Positions 1-11,760 of a DNA stretch of 64,000 bases are shown piece after piece. Position 1 is the stretch's first letter, and each line of letters opens with the position of its first letter. The notes under the pieces are model-generated. The model was not told the origin of the DNA. It saw only the letters and a list, made by a program, of their open reading frames with translations, and searched no databases. Location of the stretch: the NCBI GenBank assembly GCA_002269645.1, contig NIVC01003404.1, forward strand, positions 35,543 to 99,542. The letters are read 5' to 3'. Both the position numbers and the translations under genes were made by a program. The DNA is from Macrostomum lignano. Its lineage: Eukaryota.

Positions 1-1465
1 ATCTGCTTAACTACAACCCATCCAGCCAATTTGATTCTAGAAATCAAATTGAAAACAAAGCTACAGAAACGAAGTATCAGTGCTTGAGTGGTGTCGCAAT
101 AACGAGAAAATTATATTTTATAGAATTTTGCTTTTTATAAATTTGATTGCACACGGTCACTTTGATACAACTGTGCAGCAACAGTTGTACACGCTAGGAT
201 CGTGGTTTGCATAAATTTGCATCCAAGATATAGCAATATTTGCCCTTTCACTCGTTACAGTAGTATATTTGATTGTTAACGGTCTGTAGGCAGGCCCTTT
301 CTGTGAATCAAAATTTTATCCGAGTGGACTATTTAGCACTCAGTAAGAATTAACCATTTTTTCTCCAATATGCATTACCTTTATATCTTTTTAATCAGCA
401 CGTGGAGTGATTCCGGAATCTCGAATCCCTTTTTTGGACTAAACAATAGAAGACGGAGATAAAAAGCCAAATTTAGCCTCAAGAATGGAAATCATTTTAC
501 TGTGGCAAAAAATTGTTTTGTCATTTGACTTGCAGGTAAAACAATGGTGAGACGTCAGGGCCACGTCGACTGCTTCTTAAATCATGCCTCAGTAAGCCAA
601 GTGGAAAAAGCTATAGGCAAGTGAATAGGCTTCAGTAAAAAAACAGAAAGCAGACAACAGTACAAAGATAGATAGAATGGAAAATTAAGACTCCTTATCT
701 CGTTGAAGAGTCGGGCAATTCCAAGAAGCAACCAATATTGATTTTTACTTTATTTCTAGGAGTTTTCAAGGCTACCGTTAAAGTCCTAAGCTCAAGGTAT
801 TTACGATGGCAGCTAAGAAAACTGCAATGTTTTACTTGCATGCGGCCCGAACACCCCAAGCCAGTTGTCAATGGATAAATAATCAGCCGGTAGGCGCGGG
901 CCATAGACAAATCGTTGTCACGTGCTGCGACCGCTGATTCTTTGCATTGTTTTTCTGTTTGACGATCCTAAAACAATTTGTAGTAATGGATTGTTCTGCA
1001 TAAAAAATGCGAATAATGATTGTCAAATTGCTAAACAATGCGGCCCGCTGCCCGTAGAAGGTTGGGGACCCTTATTCTAAGCCATTCCACTGCCAATTAA
1101 AATTACTGCCAGTCAGAAGTCTTTTCAAACAGAGAGTTTTGAAAAGCTGGCAACCCATCCCCATGCTTAAGCCAAAGACGATGCAGTCACTGGGAATTTT
1201 CCATGGAAAAATTACAGCCTCTGGAGTGAGGCGTCTCCACACTGCCAATGCATTCTGGGCTCAGAAAACCTTGCTGAGGATTGGGCCAGGTAAGAAGGGC
1301 GGCCGGCGCCTCGGAAGGAAAGCAAGGGGAGACAATGGCGAGTGGCTGCCCTAGCAACCAGCAAAATATTTTACACCCACACAGAATTCCTTCAAAAATG
1401 AGAAATAGAAGGTATCCTACTGAAAGCCCGGAAATATCTTTGCAAGATCGCGTTAAAAATTCCCA

Positions 1466-3968
1466 ATGGAGTCAATAATTTTCGGCTTGTTAATGCTTTT
1501 GGTCTGTCGCTGTAGTTGCTTCGATTCTGCCCAAGGTAAGCCAATTGGTTTGGATTATAGGGGATTCTGCATTATCTAAGAGTCAGCAATTTTCATTTTC
1601 TCGTATCACGACGCCAGCTACCATGTAAAGAATTCGGCTCATAGTTGAGGGGCAGATGAGAGTGGAAGGCGAGAAAATGTAAGATAAGAGATGAGAGAGT
1701 AGAGGCGAGAGATTAGATGAGAGAATAGAAGAGGAGAGAAGAGGGTGGGGGAGAGAAGAGGAGAGAGAAGCAGAGAGAGGAGAGACCGAGAGAAATGAGA
1801 ATAGACACAATTCACAAACCCTAAGCAGGCCGGATTGCTATTGTGAAGTTTCAAAGGGCCCGAGGCCGGATAAAGAGGCTTTGTGAGCTGCATGTGGCCC
1901 GCGGACCCGGGTGTACTAGCCCCTGGGTCAAGTGAATATTAGCGGTGTCAGTGACTTGGGCTGACCAGATAAGCATCAGTGCCAAGTCGTGCGGCGCATA
2001 CATGAACAGCTGGTGCAGGCGGTGCTAATGTACACCATCCCGTCATATCTGTTTCTGTCAGTGGGGAGTAGGCGTCCTGCAAGGAGAGGCAGAGACCAGG
2101 AGATTGCATATGTGCAGCTCTTTAACGTTCTACAATCGCTTTGCAGGATCCTGCAATCCTGCTCGCTACACGCAGCACAATGGTGTCCTTACGATCAACT
2201 CCGGAGTCAGTAGCCAAGTCAGTAACATCTCTGGAGTGGAATCCCTGCAGGGTTGCCTGACTCTGTGCCGGATGAGGGACTGCGTTGCTCTCGAGTACTT
2301 ACCGAGCAGCGGTCTTTGCCGGCCGGTGACTGTCTCAAAAGGATCTAGCGAGTCCAGAGTCCTGGGGACAGAGCCTGGCTCTGAAGTTTTCAAGCTGAAG
2401 AATTTCGACGCAGTGATTTTTTCGATATTAAGCACCAACATCACTCTTCTCTTCACAAGTAAGCCTTTCTTTTCGTATTAAAAGCATTTTGTAACCATAG
2501 TTAAGTAAAAATTAATTTGACAACAAATTTCAGGCACCAGCACTGGTCAAAACGGCAGCATACAGCAGACAAGGATAAACGTGACCGGCTGTTATCGCAT
2601 TGAGATTGCCGGAGCCAAGGGTGGTAGCAACTATGGCGAAGGAAAATATGGCGGTAGGGGAGCCCTGGTCGCTGGAAATGTCAGCCTGACGGCTGGAAGC
2701 GTGCTGTCCATTGTCGTTGGTCAGGCTGGTGGCCACGCGAGATCCGAACATGTTGGAAGCGGCGGCGGCGGCGGAAGTTTTGTGTACCGTGCATCCGACA
2801 GTGAGCCGCTCATGGCGGCTGGCGGTGGCGGCGGAGCCTCCAGGGACAACCATGGTTCGTTTACCTTTTCATTTTAAGTAGTTTCCTTTTCAATACGTAC
2901 TAATCAGAAAGAATATTCCAAAATATCTTACTTCGAAGTATATAAACTTTAAGGCACAATTTTGATTTCACACTTACAATCAGAACGCTTTAAAGTTAAT
3001 TTTTAATGAAACATCTGCGCTTTCACAAATGAAAAAAAAATCGTCAGCTTTGAAGCTAAATGAATTGCTAACGCGTACATGGTGAAAACCTATCTCCAGA
3101 GTAGATCGGTGAAATAAATTTAATTTGTATTTTGTAAATTTTTTTGGTAGCTCGTAGTCTCTGCACGAGCCTAGTCTGTTATATTTATAGTGTTATGGCA
3201 CCAGAACGCATAATGGTACTAAATAAACCTAAAGTTATTTACATCCACTAAAAAAGGTTAAACACTTTTCTTCAGGACGCCCCGGTGAGGCTGGAAGAAA
3301 CGGTTCAAAGTCTTACGGCTCAAGCGAGGTAATTTCTTGATATTTTCTTATAGTAAAAATTGCAGAATATTAAATGTTACAATTAATTATAACGATACGT
3401 ATGATCTACTATTAAAAAAATATAGCCAAAGAAAAAACTATGCTCGATAAATTTACTGTCTTATTAAAACTATGAGTATTTTTTACTCACGACAACACAC
3501 AACCATTTTATACAGCCCTCTGAGATCGGTATAGGAGGCATCAATGGACAACCGGGCAGTAATGATCCGTCTAGTGCGGACTCAGACGAAAATTACGGTG
3601 GCTGCGGCGCTGGCTGGAAGGGTAGAGCAGCCGTTTCGACCAGTAACGAAAATGGTGGCGGAGGTGGTAGCAGGTATGAAAATTGGATTGGCGGCTCCTC
3701 CAGCCAAGGCTCTTCCTACGGCTTGGGCGGCTTCGGTGGCGGCGGAGGAGCTGCTACGGGCGACGGTAGCACAGCGGTAGGTGCCGCTGGAGCTGGTGGC
3801 GGCTACAGCGGAGGCGGAGCCGGACTTGATGACGATCTTTCTGGCGGAGGCGGTGGCTCCTTCTGTGGCGGTAGCGGCTGCGTGGCCACCACTGGCGGCA
3901 ACACGAACAGTGCCCAAGGATTCGTTAAGATTCTGTTTGATTCTGTTATCCCCTACACATGCGCTTGA
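1466..3968 (+). CDS. Copy A: secreted PAN/Apple + ALK/LTK-like glycine-rich domain protein, 5 exons (1466-1535, 2147-2458, 2534-2854, 3276-3328, 3516-3968), 402 aa
   Basis: GT-AG introns of phase 1,1,1,0 join to an open 1209-nt CDS. Signal peptide MESIIFGLLMLLVCRCSCFDSAQG. PAN-like Cys pattern GCLTLCRMRDCVALEY..SGLC. Glycine-rich domain motifs TGCYRIEIAGAKGG, LSIVVGQAG, GGGGGSFV, PLMAAGGGGG, GGFGGGGG, GGGYSGG, GGGSFC. No TM segment; ends TCA*. Confidence 0.85.
1855..1926. mobile_element. hAT/Charlie-type MITE end remnant in intron 1 of copy A (homologous remnant in copy D at about 26185-26250)
   Basis: gctgcatgtggcccgcgg...gcccctg in A and ggggtcggcaaactccggcc..gggccgcatgcagccc in D resemble Charlie-type termini; adjacent to a GA/CT microsatellite tract in both copies. 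Confidence 0.4.
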
Positions 3969-4707
3969 AGTCTAGAAATTAATCGGGGATTTGGAGAGCA
4001 TAGGGTGGCGGCCGAAAGTAACACTCATTACAGCCAAAGCAAAATATAATGTTTGTTTAGAAACTTATCCAGCAAACCAAAGCCAAGGGAACCGAGAGAA
4101 AGATTACAGCGTCACAGGGGAATAATAATTGGATCGACGGGGAATTAACAGGAATAAATGGGGGATGAACGGGAGTGCCAGATTCTCAGGTAAAGAGACG
4201 GTTAAGAACAAAGAATAAGAACAAGTAGGTTATGCGAAGCCGATACAACTCGTATAACCAAAAATCCTACATATTAGGAATAATGTAGCAATATACTACA
4301 TATACATTATTATTCTAGATATCAGTGGCTGCAACATGTTTTATTCGATCATATCTTTACTCAAGCCACAGAAATGTAGGATTTTTTATTCTTTTATCAT
4401 TGTTTTTTAGAATTCAAAAAAATTTGAAAACGTTTTTTTGAAAATCTACGTAGTTTCCACTAGTCGGTAGCGTGAATATGTGACGCACCGAAATGATAGG
4501 CGACAAAAATGTTTAAGCAACGCCATGCAATTTAAAGCCATTGAATTTCCTCATTGAATTATTGAGTACCAGTTTGCCACTGCTGTTTGACTAAATTGCT
4601 TTATAAGATAGATGTCCCCCTATAGATTTCCCTTCTTGATATATGCATTCACTATAACATGGTATTTCGGTATCTAATTATACCATTAATCTATAGCTTT
4701 CATAATA

Positions 4708-5414
4708 TACCTTTTTACGTTCTATTTGATAAAAACTGCAACCAATTTGGCCACGGCTCAGCCTGACCATAGACATAGAATTTTCCATAGACAGCCACCG
4801 CTAGCGGCAACCAATTTGGTAAAAACTGCGAGCTATTTTGCCAGCTTGAAGATAGCAGCTGCTCTGATGGCGAATCGTGGGCCGTACCAAAAGATAAGTC
4901 AGCTGGATCGAGAGCGAATCGTGAGAGCGTACAGGAGTGGCGACGACTGGGGAGAGCTTGGCAGAATGATGGGGATGAAGAAACCGACAGTGAGGAACAT
5001 CGTGACCACGTATAAACGAACTGGTAGAGTTGGCACTCTGCCAAAAGGAGGAGTGAAGAGGATGGCGCTGACGGAGGCTATGGTGGACACCATTGTTCAA
5101 TTCGTCGAAGGTCAACCTACTGCCTCTCACGCCTCTCAAGTGCCTGCGCTGGATCAACCATTCCCAGACGTACTTCAATCGGTGCTTGAATGCTGAGGAC
5201 ATAATGTTCTGACTTCGTGCATGTATTGTTAACATTCTTTATCGTTATTGTTATGCTATTGAGCTGCTATCTTCAAGCTGGCAAAATAGCTCGCAGTTTT
5301 TACCAAATTGGTTGCCGCTAGCGGTGGCTGTCTATGGAAAATTGCTGCGGCTGCGTCAGGCTGAGCCGTGGCCAAATTGGTTGCAGTTTTTATCAAATAG
5401 AACGTAAAAAGGAA
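4708..5414 (+). mobile_element. Internally deleted Tc1/IS630-like DNA transposon with about 150-bp TIRs
   Basis: Long inverted repeats at about 4708-4862 and 5262-5414, flanked by TA. ORF from ATG 4867 (MANRGPYQKISQLDRERIVRAYRSG...TVRNIVTTYKRTGRV) resembles the N-terminal HTH of Tc1-family transposases; no DDE domain. Absent from the homologous flank of copy D. Confidence 0.8.
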
Positions 5415-5449
5415 TAATTTTGTAATATCAGACTATAAAACTAACAGCT

Positions 5450-6200
5450 AATTGTCCAATAACTTTTCCTGCGTTATCTGTAATAATGTTTACATATGTA
5501 CCTACGTTTACCTATCTACTCATGTTCACCTATTTACTCATGTTTACCTATGTAAGATTTACCTATGTTTGCCTATTTACTCAAGTTTGCCTGTTTACTC
5601 AAGTTTGCCTATTTACTCATGTTTACCTATATGTACATAGGTTTACCTACGTAAATTTCCAAAATGTTTGCCTAAAATGTTTTGCCTACTTATGTACTTA
5701 TATTTACCTATCTACTCATGTTTGCCTTTTTACTCATTCAACTACACTAAATATTCACCTACGTACCTATGTTAACCTAGTTACTCAAGTTTGCCTATTT
5801 ACTCACGTTTGCCTATTTCAGTCATGTTTACCTAGGTTTACTTTATACGTACTTATGCGTTCCTTATGTCAAGACCATAACGTCACGCTTGTAACTCTTG
5901 CACACTTGCCTGCATATACATATGCCAAATAGTCAGTTTGCCCAACGCAGATGTTTTTTCTCTTCGATGTTGCTGAAAATATACGAAAGAATTCTCTATT
6001 TCTTTTTTATTATCCTACAGAAAGTGCATTTCGATCTCGCCTCTTTCCCAATCTGAGGAACAACAACTTCCTATGGTAATTTATCGGTGTAGGACTGAGA
6101 ACCATCCAGTTCTTCTCAGTTGTCATTGTTCTCAGTCCTGCTACAGTTGGACGAATTTAAGCTAACATTTTAACTGATCAAAAATTAAACAATTCAAAAA
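5450..6200. repeat. Dispersed repeat Z with an internal degenerate ~18-bp minisatellite (gtttacctatttactcat-like)
   Basis: Reverse-complement matches at about 22555-22870 (without satellite), 40850-41035 and 63517-64000 (with satellite). Confidence 0.75.
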
Positions 6201-6424
6201 AATTTAAAATAACAAAACCGTATACAACAGGAAGTTTAGCACAGTAAAAAATAAAAGCGTCTTGTAGCGCCTCGCGTCACGTATAGTGGCCGTAAATATC
6301 ACTCCAAAGTATTTTTCAACAGTGTTGGCGTCACTATTGATGCTAAGTCTAATTTTCTTTGCCGGTTTAGCACTCACTAGGTTGCTTTGTTTCACAGCTT
6401 CAACAGAGCGTTCAGGCTCGGTTT

Positions 6425-6625
6425 AAATAGACGCGGACTTGATGGCTGACTACCTTATTGAAGAGCATGAGATATTTTAACATGATCTTGGGCGTCAAAC
6501 TGAATATATCGCTCAATAGCTGGCATGTCGAACAGTGTCCTATAACACGAGCGATGTCCCCTCTAGCAAAGCCAGCACGATCGTACCCTCGTACGATGTA
6601 GGGTACTTGCGCCAGTCTTGCTTAG
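6425..6625 (-). pseudogene. Tyrosine recombinase C-terminal remnant (Crypton/DIRS-like); second copy at about 19570-19745 (+)
   Basis: Frameshifted reading KTGASTLHR-AGFARGDIARVIGH..IERYIQFDAQDHVKISHAL resembles the box II region (..T.L..AG....I...GH.S...Y) of tyrosine recombinases; second copy reads KTDASTLKRAGFA*ENIARVTG. Confidence 0.5.
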
Positions 6626-6769
6626 CTAGAGACTGTTGAGTGTACTATTTAACTACGAGTATTATCTGGAATTTCTAAAATTTTCTTCGACAGAGGGATT
6701 GGCTGAATCAATCCAAAATAGTGTGTTTATTATGTCTAAGAGTGTTTTGTGTCTTTTAGTGTCACTGCC

Positions 6770-7075
6770 TCTGTCTAAAGCTGATGGCGAGAACTTCGTT
6801 CTGGAAGACGGTGGAGCAGGTGCCGGTGTGCTGGGAGTAGGTCGCCTCAGTTCTTCCTCCAAACACGATGCAGATTTGGGACCCATCAGTGAAGCAGTGG
6901 ATTTCATGGGGTTTCCAGTTGTCTCTTGATTCATGACGTGGTGGAATGCTGGTTGTGAATTTGAGCGGAGGGCAGAGGGTGGACGGGATTCCGTCCGAGA
7001 GGGTCAGCAGGCCTCCCGCTGCTTCCAGCTATCGCAGGCTGAGGTCGCCGTGCGGCCGGGCTAAATGTCTTTAGA
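6770..7075 (-). pseudogene. Non-LTR retrotransposon RNase H fragment; second copy at about 37395-37735 (+)
   Basis: HEIHCFTDGS..CIV..SQHTGTCSTVFQNEVLAIS matches the LINE RNase H motifs FTDGS and TVFQAE..AI. Confidence 0.7.
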
Positions 7076-7824
7076 CGACAGGTGTGTCAATAAATGCGGG
7101 AGCAGGTCTCAGAATTTTACTGCTTTCAAAGATATCGTAAAAGCCTTCTCTTTTATCTGGATTCAGTAACATGAGTTAAGTTAGATTCAGAGAGTTTTTT
7201 TAACCAGCGAGCTTGTAGGATTATCCTAGTTTTTGTAAATTAAGGAAGAACTGGGTTCGATTTGTTTAGTCTATACTTCTAACTTTATGCTCCAATTGCT
7301 TTTAGTCGCATCGCTTTAAAAAGTTGAGCTGTTGTATAAGAAGGCGTCAGCTTTATGATCTATATCTATACTGTATTGGATTATTTATCTCTGTCCAATA
7401 CTACTCATAAATGCATACTTTTGTCTGGAGCAAAAACGATTTGTGTACTTTTTGCAAAATAGTTAAAGTATAAACATCGAATACTTCGGCAAAAAAATTA
7501 TGTAAAGTTACGTACTGTACTCCTCCATTGATGGCTCCTTACGAGCTATAAAGTGCGTCAAAGCATCCACACGATTTACCAGATAAAGAATTTCTTGTGT
7601 TCTCTTCCAAAAAGTTAATCGATTAAGTTCGAACAAAGTCGGTTGCTTCTTTAACAATCAAAAGTAACTGTAGCTTGGAATCGAATAAGGGGATTAAGTA
7701 ATTTTGTTCTCAATTGAACATACAACTCGTATTTTGCTGTCAGCCAGTGGTAAAAACTGTCTACTCGTACGTTTAACACGAATGAGTAAATCAATAGTAA
7801 AACAATTGGTTATAGTCATGTATT

Positions 7825-10217
7825 TGCCTGATGCTGTGCCGGGTGAAAGGCTGCGTTGCGGTGGAGTTCCGGAAGAGCAGCAAACTGTGCCGGCCGCTGC
7901 TGACGGTACCAGAGGTGTCAGGGTCTGTCGCCAGCAACAAGACGGGACGTTTGAGAACCGAGGCTCAATCGATAGAGCTCAAGATTGAAAACATTGATGA
8001 ATTATTGGGCCTGGACACTAAAATCAACGTGAGACGCTTCGTCACGAGTGAGACTTATTTTCAATGCTCTCTCGATTTAGTCGAGACTAACAGACTTGAA
8101 TTTTCAAAATACCCGTTTTTGCAGACAAAAAAAATCGAGAGAAACGATTTCTGCGGAGACGAAATGCAACAACATAAGCTCACTTAAGTTGATAAAAAAT
8201 TCCAAATTTTTTTTACACAGTTCCTAATAAAAATTCGCCAGCACAGAAGATTCCGTCTGTGGTCGCCACTTTTGAGAGTGCAGCTGAAGTCTCTTAATCT
8301 TAGCGAGTTGAGGAATGAAGTGAGGGGAGCGGTGTGCGAGGGTTGGACGGATTAAAGCTACCCCTCAGTTTTCTCGTACCTTTTATTTCAGAATAGCCCA
8401 AGAAATTTGCTCACTGCGCATGGATTTAAATTTTGCTGAGTATATTTAAAGAGTACCGAGTACCACGTACCGAGTACTGAGATACGTAGCTAGGGGGGCC
8501 GTAGCCCAGCGGTAGCGCAGCTGCTCTGGTGTGCCAGCGACCCAGGCTCGATTCCAAGTGCAGTCACATTAATTTGGGGCTGAATTGGAATCTCGGCTTG
8601 GCTCTGCTCGTGCAATTAACGGCCTTGAGAGCCAACCCCCCAAGGCGCAGTGAAGTGTACATGCCTAACGATAATACAAAGTTAGGGCCGCTGTACACTC
8701 CTGTGTGAGTGTGTGCCTGCGTACGTATCCGCGCGCTTGTATGCCTGCTCAGGGGAGTCGGCGGAATGGGCAGTAATGCCTCTCGCCGGTTGTGTGCCTA
8801 TGTCGCTTAAAGTGCGCCAGGATGCACACAACCCCCTGCCTCTAATAAAAAAGGTAACTGAGTTACGTAGCTTATTTTTATCTTCAACTTCACGGGAAAA
8901 ATTACTTTTTGAAAGTTGATTTGTTGCCTTTTCTACAAAAATAGATCGAGAAAATTACATTGAAATTTTTAATCCCGTCGAATATGTAATCCAATTATCC
9001 ACTTGGTTGACTATGGATCAACTCGATTAGGCTTTATTAGATATGTTTGTGAGTGCTTTTATGGCACTTCTATCATTATTGTTCTACTAGCGAATATAAT
9101 AACTACCCATTCAGACACTTCAACTGGTCGACATGGCGCCATCCAGCAGATGACAATCAGCGTGACTGGCTGCTATCGTGTCAAGACCGCCGGAGCCAAG
9201 GGTGGCGACAGCTTTGGCAGAGATCAGAAACACGGAGGTAGAGGAGCCCTGATCGCTGGCAATGTCATTCTGGCCGCGGGTACTCAGCTGTCCATTGTTG
9301 TCGGACAGGCCGGAGGCAAAGTGCATACTGACGAGTACGCTAGTGGTGGTGGTGGCGGAGGCAGCTTCGTGTACCGGACATTGGACAATGGTCTGCTGAT
9401 GGCTGCTGGCGGAGGCGGAGGCGCATCTTATCAGTACGATAGTGAGAGTTTTCAATTGGTTTTTATCAACAACTTGACAATATGCATCAAATGCAGATGT
9501 AGTTTATACCGCATCGTCAACTATGACTCACTTTTTAGGACAGTCAGGTGAGGCGGCAAATAACGCAACGGGATCTGTCGGTACCGAAGATGTAAGTCGG
9601 TGCGATTTAGAAAGTTTTCTTTTCATGAAGCGTTTAGACTTCGTAGGTAAAATGTTATAAGCCCTAACTTTAAAAATCACCAAAACGTTACTACTATAAG
9701 TAGTAGCACTTCTAAGCATACAACTCAATTTCGCTCAGTGAAACAGCAATACTTTAGATTTAAATGGTTGCAGCCGAATCAGATGGGCATCGGAGGCGCC
9801 AACGGACAACCGCGCAGCAACGACCAGAGCACTGCGGCTTCCGAAAGAAACCCTAGCCTGGTGGCTGCGGAGCCGGTTGGCTTGGCAAGCCCGCCGCCGC
9901 CCGCGGCAAGCATCTCGTACAGAGACAGAGGCGGTAGTCGCGCCGACGGCTGGGTCGGTGGCAGCGGTGGAAAAGGCAGCCTAGCTGACGGCGGCTTCGG
10001 CGGTGGCGGAGGCGGAGCGGCCGCCATAAAAGGAGCGGCAGGAGCCTGCGGAGGCTACAGCGGCGGCGGAGCTGGGACTCCGGACTGGATTTACGCCGGA
10101 GGCGGCGGCGGCTCTTCCTGCGGCGGCAGCGGCTGCGTGGCCACCACGGGTGGCAACACGGGCAGCGAGCACAGCTTCGTGCTCCTGCGACTGCTGGTCG
10201 ACGGCTCCTGCAAGTAG
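7825..10217 (+). pseudogene. Copy B: 5'-truncated PAN + glycine-rich paralog (exon remnants 7825-8047, 9115-9441, 9539-9591, 9774-10217)
   Basis: Lacks promoter, signal-peptide exon and the first third of the PAN exon (about 1.6 kb deleted relative to C 16485-18078). Remaining splice sites are canonical. Last exon carries +5 and +1 insertions. Confidence 0.8.
8492..8853 (+). mobile_element. tRNA-derived SINE in intron 2 of copy B
   Basis: A-box tagcccagcggtag, B-box-like ggctcgattcc, A-rich tail, ~18-bp target duplication gta(a)ctgagwtacgtagct. Empty site in E near 34840 and in C near 15885. Partial copies near 17555-17650 (+) and 27940-28060 (-). Confidence 0.8.
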
Positions 10218-10924
10218 CCACTCTAACGATCACTTTTGCAGCAAAAAAGTGACTATCTTATGCGGAAAATATCGAACTCTGGTTACGGTCATTGAGTAGC
10301 GGTTTGAACCACCCTTGTATAAAAATTTACATTATAACAGACGGGAAATTGTAAAGCACACGATTACTTTAACACACCTGTGCAGCAACAGTTGCAGTAC
10401 GCCCTTACGATCATGGTTTGCATAATTTTGCCTCCAAGACGATAAATACGAGGTATAGTACTATTTGCCATTCATTCTTAGAAGTAGTATACTTGATTGT
10501 TTAAAGATTGTGAACAGGCCCTTTCTGACTCGAAATGTTATACGTACACTCGTATGGACTATTTATTGGACTATTGACAGATGAATTGATAGACATACAC
10601 ATGTATCAGTCTACTATAATTACCTATAAAACTGTACTTCGTTAGTATTGATTATTTTTCGCTAATTTTAATTACTATTTTTAATCAGCAAGCGGAGTGA
10701 TTTCAGAATCTCGAATCTCTTTATTGGACTAAAAAGTATAAAATAAAGATACAAGTCTAATTTAGCTTCTAGAATGGAAATCATAATATTGTGTTAAAGA
10801 AATTTACGCGTTGACTCGTGACAGTTACAATTCCTTTTGCTTCATGATCTGACTAGAAGGTAAAACAACAGTGAGATATCAGGGGGCTACCGCTTCTTGC
10901 TTCTTTGAATCGTGCCTAAGTAAG

Positions 10925-11366
10925 CAGAGAAAAGGAAATAGAAGGAGAGAGGCTGCAGGGAAAAGAGAGAGAAGGAGAGAGGCTGCAGGGAGAAGGAAAG
11001 AGAAGGAGAGAGGCTGCAGGGAGAAGGAGAGAGAAGGAGAGGCGGCAGAGAGAAGGAGAGAGAAGGAGAGGCGGCAGGGAGAAGGAGAGAGAAGGAGAGA
11101 GGCTGTAGGGCACCAAGAGACAGGGGCGTCCACCAAGAGACAAGGATGCCTATCAAGAGACAGGGACGCCCACTAAGAGACAGGGGCCCACGAAGACATA
11201 GGAATGGCAATAAAGAGACAGGGACGCCAAGCAAGAGACAGGGACGCCAAGCAAGAGACAGGGACGCCAAGCAAGAGACAGGGACGCCAAGCAAGAGACA
11301 GAGACGCCAAGCAAGAGACAGGGACGCCAAGCAAGAGACAGGGACGCCAAGCAAGAGACAGGGACA
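10925..11366. repeat. GA-rich minisatellite followed by a 20-bp tandem repeat (gagacagggacgccaagcaa, about 7 copies, 11214-11366)
   Basis: Direct periodicity visible in the sequence. Confidence 0.9.
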
Positions 11367-11699
11367 CCCCCGAACAATGTAGGAGAAACATTCCTGCAGC
11401 CTTGTCTGCTTAGATCAGACAAACTGCCTCCAGTAATCTCGGTTCTTTGCTTTTTAATAAGAAACGATGCGTATGCCAGCAAATAACAGTCAGAATTGGT
11501 TATTCTCGACGTCAAAGACTTCTGGACAATATAAAAAACACAGATTAATACCCCTTTCAACTTTCGATTACTTTTTAAGAAATATTGCTTCTTCAGTTTA
11601 AATTGATCCTGGGATAGGTAAAAATGAAAAGGATAATCCCATCAAACGACAGTAAGAAAGCAGTTATCTACAGCTAGAGGCGTTCCTGACCCGCCTGCG

Positions 11700-11707
11700 T
11701 ATATAAA
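11700..11707 (+). promoter_or_regulatory. Candidate TATA box of the GPCR gene
   Basis: TATATAAA 54 bp upstream of ATG 11761. Confidence 0.45.
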
Positions 11708-11760
11708 GACTGCATCGCTAAACCAAGATCGAAGGCAACCTCAACTTCCCCTGACAAACC

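Noticed and set aside
8492-8570. tRNA genes at 8492 and 27646
   Set aside because: A and B boxes are present but no convincing cloverleaf; both continue into SINE bodies with dispersed copies or a TSD
11214-11366. 20-bp repeats, and the 46-bp repeats at 20393, as CRISPR arrays
   Set aside because: No unique spacers, no cas genes, and a eukaryotic context
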